Shown here: positions 36,001 through 42,125 of the stretch, piece by piece
Layout: each line of letters begins with the position of its first letter
Numbering within the stretch: the stretch's first letter is position 1
Source: a virus
Taxonomy: Duplodnaviria > Heunggongvirae > Uroviricota > Caudoviricetes
Virus record (IMG/VR): IMGVR_UViG_2651869821_000001
Length of the DNA stretch: 42,125 nucleotides
Direction: 5' to 3' (one strand)
Program-made: the position numbers and the translations under genes
Notes under the pieces: model-generated
Database searches by the model: none
Seen by the model: only the letters and a program-made list of their open reading frames with translations
What the model was told of the DNA's origin: nothing

Positions 36001-37718
36001 ATGCGAAGCAGATCGAGGCATTAAAGTCATCCGTTGATGACAGTGTTGCCGCCGTTGAAGAGATGAAAAAGACGGTTGCTGAAATTGATCGAGCAAGTTC
36101 TGAAGTTACAACGAACATCGAGGCGTTAGCTAAGACAAACATTGATCTGGCACTACGACAGGATGAAGATCAGCGTAAGCAGATGTTTAACAATGCGAAA
36201 ATTGCCACTACTCAAAAGGCCTTTGCAGATGATATGACTGCGATGGCAACGAAGGTAGAGGAAATTCGAGCTGAAATAGGTGAGGACATTAAAGCGTCTA
36301 TTACCGAAGAAACAACTGCTCGTGTTGAAGCCGATAAGGCTTTGGCAACCAATATAAGTAAACTGGAAACTAAGTTAAACGATGATATTTCTGCCTCAAT
36401 TATTGCTGAACAAGAGGCAAGAGTAACAGCTGATGAATCGCTCGCACGCCAGATTGTTAGTTTACAAGCACAGACAGGGGATGATATTAAGGCCGCTGTC
36501 GCTGGCGAGACACAAGCAAGGACAGATGCTGATAGCGCACTGGCAAGCCAAATCAGCACTCTTAAAGCTCAAACTGCCGAAGATATAAAAGCCGCTGTAG
36601 CAACTGAAACTAAAGCACGAACCGACTCGGATTCAGCTCTTGCAAGCCAAATTAGCAATCTGCAAGCCCAGACAGGGAAAGATATCAGTGCGGCAATAAC
36701 GTCAGAATCTACTGCTAGAGCGGAGGCTGACAATGCCATTGGTAAACGAGTTGATACCATTAAAGCCGAGGTTGATGGTAATTCTGCTGTAATTCAGGAA
36801 CAGGCTCAGGCTATTGCTGACACGAATAAAAAGGTATCAGCAGCCTGGACACTGAAAATGGAAACATCATCTGCAGGTGGTCAGACATATGTTGCAGGTA
36901 TCGCGTTAGGTATCGATAGCACTGGTCTTTCGCAGTTCCTTGTACAAGCCGATCGCTTTGGGTTGGTTAACTCAGTCAATGGAACTGTCACAACGCCTTT
37001 CGTTATCGAAAACGGCATAGCCTATATGAACGGTGCATGGATTAAGGACGGTACGATTTCTGATGCAAAAATTGGAAACGTAATTCAGTCCTACGACTAT
37101 GTTGCAGGTGTATCAGGTTGGTGTATTCGTAAAGATGGAACTCCTGAATTTAATAACGGCAAATTTAGAGGAAATATTGATGCAAACTCAGGAACGTTAA
37201 ATAACGTTACTATTGCTGATACTTGTACTATTAACGGGACGTTAAAAGCGGAAAGAATAATTGGAGATATAGTGAAGATCCACAATGTCACTTTCCCCGC
37301 GTTGCAACAAATAGGCGACAAACGATATGCCACAGAAAGAACTGTGACTGTGCTTGATGATCAGACATTTGATCGTCATATATCTATCCCACCTGTCTTC
37401 TATTCTGGGGTGGTGTATGAGGGTAGTGGTAAAAATGGCGCATGGTCTCTTTGTACGCTGATTGTTTCTGTTAATGGGGGGGAGATTTTCAGGAGAAGCG
37501 TGGAGATCGTAACTTCTGGCTATGTTACGCAGGATGTCTTAAATCCAGGTAAATCTAACCCATTTAGTTTTTTTAAGCCTATGTACTCTGGAGGTGGCGA
37601 TATCAAATTTACATTTAGGATTGAAGTGGCAGTCCAGAACACAGCAGCAGGTTATGTTACTAGTGGAATACAAATCACGACAACGAAGTCATCCCCATCA
37701 GGATTTCTTGTGAGTTGA
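33093..37718 (+). CDS. Central tail fibre / host specificity protein (lambda gpJ-like)
   Basis: LLGEGVIGG, YPNSALVG, NPAW, GCTSRGQA.R.G.W motifs, FN3 domains, coiled coil, and DUF1983-like SQFLVQADRF. Confidence 0.95.
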   Translation: MEQFKKKKLPLLISGAGGKKSSGSSRTPVEADDTVNSRAMASILDLLGEGVIGGLVDGAKSIFIDDLPIMNEDGSTNYSGITWDFRDGSQDQTPMTGFDFVETPKSVNIQLKKTHEVTVAVDNDEADRVRVILKYPSLRSIDQKSGDTNGTTVQYKFQIANGDSTFQDVIAEGENSIIISLSAKKTGVYYRSYEFKLPKPGRAYKVRVIRITDDSSSQYLYNDIWVDSIGEIVDTPMNYPNSALVGLKVNSEQFGGNMPSRSYLVRGMKIRVPSNYNESANSYVGVWDGTFKLISSSNPAWILFDVLTNTRYGLGQFVSESMIDLGQLYQIGRYCDEEVDDGFGGKEKRFAINTQITSRQDAYRLIQDIAGAFRGMVFWAGGMVNVMQDSPSDPVMMFTNANVKDGMFSHKGSSRKDRPSVALVTYNNKDDGYKQNIEYVEDQEAMRRYGERKTEVVAFGCTSRGQAHRVGLWLLYTARMESDVITFTAGLDAAFLMPGETVLIQNKYRSGKRNSGRIVAFTQNSITLDAPVSLKKSNSFIRIVNEKGKLIERDILETGENISKVTFTKPLLQGEKPVLNGVWMISEPDLEPMCARVINVAQGDTQGSFDVTVVQNNPSKYQAIDNGATLIPQNTTVLDPTYSKPTNLQVTEGTYISSPGNLSIKLIATWEGKSTEYWISWRRSDENNVSNWQSARVNEEQYEIENIAENGQYDIQLYAVSFSGKKTEIISTVYKVLGTMTPPGSPTSLTAVGDYRNVVLNWVNPDSVDLDHINVYASRTNDLDTATLIAEAASTTFTHSGLGDSETWFYWVKAANKRGMLSPPNSNLGTEAMTKDILSFLKDKITSSELGQELLEDINSKASQDTVNEIYKEMEDSLSELDGKLTIASNKLESAQTELKSEIDGTINKVNDALEQLDSTNAAIVKLENKVSEQDKAVAGAVDAAKAAIDNASALVAEEKEARVEGDNANAKQIEALKSSVDDSVAAVEEMKKTVAEIDRASSEVTTNIEALAKTNIDLALRQDEDQRKQMFNNAKIATTQKAFADDMTAMATKVEEIRAEIGEDIKASITEETTARVEADKALATNISKLETKLNDDISASIIAEQEARVTADESLARQIVSLQAQTGDDIKAAVAGETQARTDADSALASQISTLKAQTAEDIKAAVATETKARTDSDSALASQISNLQAQTGKDISAAITSESTARAEADNAIGKRVDTIKAEVDGNSAVIQEQAQAIADTNKKVSAAWTLKMETSSAGGQTYVAGIALGIDSTGLSQFLVQADRFGLVNSVNGTVTTPFVIENGIAYMNGAWIKDGTISDAKIGNVIQSYDYVAGVSGWCIRKDGTPEFNNGKFRGNIDANSGTLNNVTIADTCTINGTLKAERIIGDIVKIHNVTFPALQQIGDKRYATERTVTVLDDQTFDRHISIPPVFYSGVVYEGSGKNGAWSLCTLIVSVNGGEIFRRSVEIVTSGYVTQDVLNPGKSNPFSFFKPMYSGGGDIKFTFRIEVAVQNTAAGYVTSGIQITTTKSSPSGFLVS
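36276..36770 (+). repeat. Five tandem 33-aa (99-bp) repeats inside gpJ
   Basis: Units begin IGEDIKAS, LNDDISAS, TGDDIKAA, TAEDIKAA, TGKDISAA; each contains E..AR..AD. Confidence 0.85.
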
Positions 37719-37807
37719 TGATTGCCTTTTTGGGGGTAATAAGAGTTCGTTTATGTGTACATGAAATGTTCACTGTAGAAAAATTTTTTTGAATAAGACA
37801 AAATAGA

Positions 37808-37843
37808 TAGGTAATTACTTATGGCTGGCATTCATGCCAGCCA
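37808..37843 (+). promoter_or_regulatory. TAGGTAATTACTTA palindrome plus hairpin before the fibre gene
   Basis: Motif at 37808-37821 (same sequence as 17894), then TGGCTGGCAT-TC-ATGCCAGCCA. Confidence 0.6.
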
Positions 37844-37858
37844 GATTAAGGAGATTTT

Positions 37859-40684
37859 ATGTGGTACAGGGAAGGTACTGTAACGTTTACAAGTGGAAGT
37901 CGCTCGTTGACCGGGACGAGTACATTCTGGAACGTCACCTCTAATGGCGTGCTTCCGGGCATGATCGTTATTGGGCCTGATAACAAATTGTACGAAATTA
38001 AACGTGTACAAAGCGACACCAGTCTTACTCTTGTCGAGGAGTATACGGGCGAAACGCAGACAGATGTCCCATGTCGCATTATCACGACTTATGAAGGCGA
38101 TCTAACACAGTTTAGTGCGAGATTTACTGCACTAATGACTCGTATGTCGAATGACTCTAAAGCTATGCGCAGCTGGCTTACGGCTGTAGATGAAGTCTTG
38201 ATTGAGCGAGAGGATGGAACGGAATTAGCTGTTAAATCACTTCTTCAAATCGTTAACGAACACAATGCTGCCTTGAAATGGTATACAGATAATACGGATG
38301 CAATTAATGCTGCTGGTGATAAGGCTAAAGAAGCTGCCGCAAGTGCTGCATCTGCTTCCCAATATTCCTCCATCGCATCAACCAAAGCTGATGAGTCTTC
38401 TCAAAGTGCGGCTTCGTCAGCAGAAAGTAAGAGTGCAGCAGAATTTAGCGCTTTAGCCGCAAAAACGTCTGAAACCAACGCAGCAGAAAATGCCGCATCG
38501 TCGAGAGTCAGTGCTGCGGCTGCAAAAGCGTCTGAAACCAACGCAGCAGCCTCAGAAGCTAAAGTATCTGAAAGTGAAAAGGCGTCGGCATTAAGCGCGT
38601 TATCTTCGGCAAACGACGCTGCTGAAGCAAAAAAATATGCCGAAGCCGCAAATAGCTCTAGAGAGGCGGCGGCTGCTTCTGAAACTGTATCAGCTAAAAA
38701 CGCCGCTGCCGCCAGCGAGTCGAAAGAAATCGCTGGCGGCCACGCTACAAATGCTGCAAAAAGTGCGGCAGATGCCAACCAGTTAAAGCTGGATGTGGAT
38801 ACCAGCAAATCTCAAATTTCCGAATTTAGAGACGAGGTTATTGCTGCTCGTGAAACCACGCGTCAATACAGCGAAGAAGCAAAAGACGCTGCAAATAACG
38901 CTGCAAATAAAGCGGCCTCTCAGACATCAGCACAGATCACCGCTTCAATTCAAAGAGAAGTGGAAAAGGCGACAACTGCAAGCACCAGCGCAAGTGAATC
39001 TGCTTTTGACGCCAAACAATTTAGAGACGAGGCTGCGGCTTTTGCAGGGAGTCTTGATATCAAGGAGAGCACCACGTCTCAAAAAGGCATAGTTCAGTTG
39101 AGCAGTGCCACGGACAGTGACAGCGAAGCGCTGGCAGCCACACCAAAGGCGGTAAAAACCGTTATGGGTGAGGTACAGACCAAAGCGCCGCTGGACAGCC
39201 CGGCATTCACTGGAACGCCGACCACACCGACGCCGCCAGACGATGCTAAAGGGCTTCAGACAGCAAACGCGGAGTTTGTCCGCAAACTGATTGCCGCGCT
39301 GGTTGGTTCCGTACCGGAATCACTGGACACCCTGCAGGAACTGGCTGACGCGCTGGGAAACGATCCGAACTTTGCCACCACAGTACTGAATAAACTGGCT
39401 GGCAAGCAGCCGCTGGACGAAACCCTGACGGCGCTGTCAGGAAAAAGCGTTGACGGTCTTATCGAATACGTTGGTTTACGGGAAACGATAAATCACGCCG
39501 CCGATGCGTTACAAAAATCACAGAACGGCGGCGATATTCCGGACAAAAAACAATTTGCGAGAACTATCGGCGCAGTAACGTCGACTACCATTACACTTGG
39601 TGAATCGGGATGGTTCAAAATCGCCACGGTTTTCATGCCGCAGGCCACGTCTACGGCGGTGATTAAATTGTATGGCGGGTCGGGGTTTAACGTTGGATCA
39701 TTTGAGCAAGCGGCTATCAGTGAACTGGTTCTGCGCGCCGGCAATGGTTCGCCTGTCGGAATTACTGCCACATTATGGAAACGCTCACCTAACGGTGTTC
39801 TGGAGTGCGCATGGATTAACACATCAGGCGACAATTACGACATTTATGTCAGGATCAACCAGTATGCGTATTGGTTAATTGCACAGTACGATTATTCCGG
39901 TAATGCAAATGTCACGCTGCACAGTACACCTGAATATTCATCAGTACAGCCGGGAAACTCAACCAGCGGTCAGACATATGCACTGTTTAATAGTCTGATG
40001 AAACCCACAGCCGGTGACGTTGAGGCACTGTCAGTTAATGGAGGACGGCTAAACGGTGCGTTAGGCATTGGTACTGATAATGTGCTGGGTGGAAGCTCAA
40101 TTGTATTTGGCGATAACGATACCGGGTTTAAACAGAATGGTGACGGGATACTGGATACGTTTGCGAATAGCCAACACACCGTTCGTGTCGCTCCCGGTGA
40201 AATGCAAGTTCTGGGAGCCATGCGCACAGGCAATGCCAAACGAATGACTATGACGAGCTTAAATAACTCCTCGCTGAATGCTCAATTTCATTTGTGGGGT
40301 GACGGAGGAAACCGCCCAACGGTTATTGAACTGGGCGACGACCAGGGGTGGCATTTATACAGCCAGCGAAATCCTGATGGCAGTATTCAGTTTGTTGTTA
40401 ATGGACAGGTTATTCCGGGTAATTACGGTAATTTCGACGCCCGTTATTTAACATCAGGAAACGTATATACAAAAGGTGAGTCAGATAATCGTTATGTCCA
40501 GAATATCCAGCGTGGTGCTCCAGTATGGCCTGGCAAAGTAGATGAATATGGACCTGCAGAAGCGCCTGCTGGTTGCTTTTTAACACAAGCCAGACATGAC
40601 CCGACAACAGCATACGGTGTGACATTTGCGTATCGACCGCTGCAAATGTGGGTTGGTAATGGCTGGCGTACCATTAATGGATGA
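37859..40684 (+). CDS. Side tail fibre protein
   Basis: N-terminal attachment domain, Ala/Ser-rich stalk, fibre repeat KGIVQLSSAT...AATPKAVK, DTL.ELA.ALGNDPNFATT, and a C-terminal gp37-like tip. Confidence 0.95.
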   Translation: MWYREGTVTFTSGSRSLTGTSTFWNVTSNGVLPGMIVIGPDNKLYEIKRVQSDTSLTLVEEYTGETQTDVPCRIITTYEGDLTQFSARFTALMTRMSNDSKAMRSWLTAVDEVLIEREDGTELAVKSLLQIVNEHNAALKWYTDNTDAINAAGDKAKEAAASAASASQYSSIASTKADESSQSAASSAESKSAAEFSALAAKTSETNAAENAASSRVSAAAAKASETNAAASEAKVSESEKASALSALSSANDAAEAKKYAEAANSSREAAAASETVSAKNAAAASESKEIAGGHATNAAKSAADANQLKLDVDTSKSQISEFRDEVIAARETTRQYSEEAKDAANNAANKAASQTSAQITASIQREVEKATTASTSASESAFDAKQFRDEAAAFAGSLDIKESTTSQKGIVQLSSATDSDSEALAATPKAVKTVMGEVQTKAPLDSPAFTGTPTTPTPPDDAKGLQTANAEFVRKLIAALVGSVPESLDTLQELADALGNDPNFATTVLNKLAGKQPLDETLTALSGKSVDGLIEYVGLRETINHAADALQKSQNGGDIPDKKQFARTIGAVTSTTITLGESGWFKIATVFMPQATSTAVIKLYGGSGFNVGSFEQAAISELVLRAGNGSPVGITATLWKRSPNGVLECAWINTSGDNYDIYVRINQYAYWLIAQYDYSGNANVTLHSTPEYSSVQPGNSTSGQTYALFNSLMKPTAGDVEALSVNGGRLNGALGIGTDNVLGGSSIVFGDNDTGFKQNGDGILDTFANSQHTVRVAPGEMQVLGAMRTGNAKRMTMTSLNNSSLNAQFHLWGDGGNRPTVIELGDDQGWHLYSQRNPDGSIQFVVNGQVIPGNYGNFDARYLTSGNVYTKGESDNRYVQNIQRGAPVWPGKVDEYGPAEAPAGCFLTQARHDPTTAYGVTFAYRPLQMWVGNGWRTING
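39459..39484 (+). other. gix/cix/pix-type invertase crossover site inside the fibre gene
   Basis: TTATCGAATACG-TT-GGTTTACGGGAA resembles the 26-bp Gin/Cin site (gix TTATCCAAAACC-TC-GGTTTACAGGAA, recalled from memory). Confidence 0.75.
40352..40380 (+). repeat. 29-bp inverted repeat with 42097-42125
   Basis: CATTTATACAGCCAGCGAAATCCTGATGG; its exact reverse complement occupies the last 29 nt of the window. Confidence 0.9.
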
Positions 40685-40698
40685 TTTAGGGAAATATA

Positions 40699-41217
40699 AT
40701 GGAATTAAAAAACGTTAACCGATACATTCCTGACGATCCGGATTATGATAGCAATTTTCTGTATTTTCGTAGTGAAGATGGTCAGGATTTTTATGAGTCG
40801 CTGAGTAAATTCACGAAAAAATATAAGTTGTGCATTGATTCTGAAAATATAATCCGTTCCGTATCAGAAGATGTGTCGCGCCTCTATCCAGCTGGCTTTT
40901 CAGTTGTTGAGGTCAATAAACTACCAGCCGGATTTAATATCTATGGCGACTGGAAATATTCGAACGGCACTGTTCTGGCTGTTCCCGTTGACTATCAGGC
41001 TAAGGCCGAAACCACCCGACAGAAACTACTGGATGCCGCTAACAGCACTATTGCTGACTGGCGAACCGAACTGGCGTTAGGGGATATCAGCGACGACGAT
41101 AGGGCCAGCCTGACTAAATGGATGGTCTATATCAGGGCGCTGAAAACGCTGGATTTGAGCGATGTGAAAGATGAGGCCACCTTCACAGCAATCAGGTGGC
41201 CTGCATTACCACAGTAA
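40699..41217 (+). CDS. Tail fibre assembly chaperone (Tfa/gpU-like)
   Basis: YFRSEDGQDFYE, W.TELALG.ISDDD.ASLTKWM.YI.AL..LD, and IRWPALP motifs. Confidence 0.9.
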   Translation: MELKNVNRYIPDDPDYDSNFLYFRSEDGQDFYESLSKFTKKYKLCIDSENIIRSVSEDVSRLYPAGFSVVEVNKLPAGFNIYGDWKYSNGTVLAVPVDYQAKAETTRQKLLDAANSTIADWRTELALGDISDDDRASLTKWMVYIRALKTLDLSDVKDEATFTAIRWPALPQ

Positions 41218-41220
41218 CGG

Positions 41221-41754
41221 CTACTGACTGGCTGGTCTATCCGGCCAGTCAGGTTTTGATGTGTCCACCCGATTAACCAGAACGCTGTATTCCTCCCATA
41301 CCTCCAGTCGCTTCTGCTCCTCATCAGTCGCGATACCCAGCTTTACTGCACGCGCCAGTGGCGTAATAACGGTCTCGGCTTCTTCGAGTAACTTCAGTTT
41401 TTTCACTTCTGCCTGCTGGCGCAGCTCCTCCGATGTATAAACTCGCTTAATTACCTTCTCACCATCAAACACCCAGCCGCCGTATATATCAGCACGTCTG
41501 TTTGCTGTGATGTTCGGTAATTCAACGACGCTCAAACCAGATGGGTTTATTGTTGAAACATCTTTGCTGATATTCACAATAACACCGTTCTTGTCATAGG
41601 CTATTTTCAGCGTGTCAGTCGCAAAGTTTTTCTGTTCTTCGTACCAGTTCTGCCCGTCCTCCGAGAATAGCCAGATAACGCCAGAACGTTTAGTTAACTG
41701 AAATTGCGCCATCGTTTTTGGATTACCCGCAGAAATATTTTTCAAATGCATCAT
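41221..41754 (-). CDS. Tail fibre assembly chaperone (Tfa/gpU'-like), inverted copy
   Basis: [26 protein letters not shown]...[18 protein letters not shown] motifs. Confidence 0.92.
   Translation of the reverse strand: MMHLKNISAGNPKTMAQFQLTKRSGVIWLFSEDGQNWYEEQKNFATDTLKIAYDKNGVIVNISKDVSTINPSGLSVVELPNITANRRADIYGGWVFDGEKVIKRVYTSEELRQQAEVKKLKLLEEAETVITPLARAVKLGIATDEEQKRLEVWEEYSVLVNRVDTSKPDWPDRPASQ
41224..41252. terminator. Hairpin at the junction of convergent chaperone genes
   Basis: CTGACTGGCTGG-TCTAT-CCGGCCAGTCAG. Confidence 0.45.
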
Positions 41755-41756
41755 AT

Positions 41757-42125
41757 TTAAATACTCGCAACATTATACCAGACACCGCCAATGAGTTTTT
41801 GCAACGGGCGTCGGTGCACCCCATCGATTAGTTCATCGCTATTGCCGTTCATGACACCTGTGATGACATAGCCTGGTGTGTCGTTGTATCCAGGTCCGTT
41901 CCATGCCTGAGCATATTCAATTCCACCCAGCCTGATATCCTGGACAAAACGATTGATAATGGTGTTATTAATCCAGTCATTCAGCCAGCCGCCCCATAGC
42001 GAACCGTAAATATTTCCATCAGTGGAGATAGTATTGGCCCCCGCATGAATAGAGCTGGTAGTGAAAATCTCACCATTGACCATAAAACGAATTGAACCAT
42101 CAGGATTTCGCTGGCTGTATAAATG
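41757..42125 (-). CDS. Alternative tail fibre C-terminal cassette (5' part outside the window)
   Basis: Open frame to the window edge ([18 protein letters not shown]...). The C-terminus [13 protein letters not shown]...[14 protein letters not shown] is a fibre tip. Confidence 0.9.
   Translation of the reverse strand, partial: HLYSQRNPDGSIRFMVNGEIFTTSSIHAGANTISTDGNIYGSLWGGWLNDWINNTIINRFVQDIRLGGIEYAQAWNGPGYNDTPGYVITGVMNGNSDELIDGVHRRPLQKLIGGVWYNVASI

Noticed and set aside
12727-42083. Numerous antisense or nested ORFs in the six-frame track
   Set aside because: They are shadows of well-supported genes (for example 14240..15037, 16874..17338, 29665..30231, 35702..36142, 38401..38808) with no independent evidence.
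37859-42125. Diversity-generating retroelement (TR/VR) for the fibre tip
   Set aside because: The duplicated segment is inverted and exact rather than differing at adenines, and no reverse transcriptase is present.

Overview
The window is a segment of a large temperate siphovirus or phage-plasmid of Enterobacteriaceae. The gene order and protein types match the SSU5/pHCM2/pMT1-like group; this assignment is by recognition, not by database search. From left to right: (1) ~1-8 kb, small hypothetical genes, most with their own copy of a repeated promoter/operator cassette, separated by two ORF-poor, repeat-rich intergenic blocks; (2) ~8.3-10.2 kb, an AT-rich accessory operon on the minus strand (secreted Cys protein, tandem Sm/Rof/Hfq-like protein, lipoprotein, unknown protein); (3) an RHH-like gene and an SF2 helicase, divergent from a translationally coupled ParB-like/ParB-like/ABC-ATPase/small ORF/GNAT/wHTH cluster that sits directly before the terminase; (4) a complete head and lambda-like non-contractile tail module (TerS, TerL, portal, scaffold, capsid, decoration, neck, major tail, frameshifted chaperone, tape measure, gpM/L/K/I/J-like); (5) a side tail fibre containing a gix/cix-type site, followed by two convergent chaperone genes and an inverted alternative fibre tip that runs off the window. 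No rep, parA, integrase, invertase, lysis, tRNA or CRISPR features were seen. The most notable signals are the ParB-ABC-GNAT cluster (candidate packaging-linked DNA modification system), two distinct palindromic regulatory motif families, further non-coding repeat families, and the Sm/Rof-like accessory protein.
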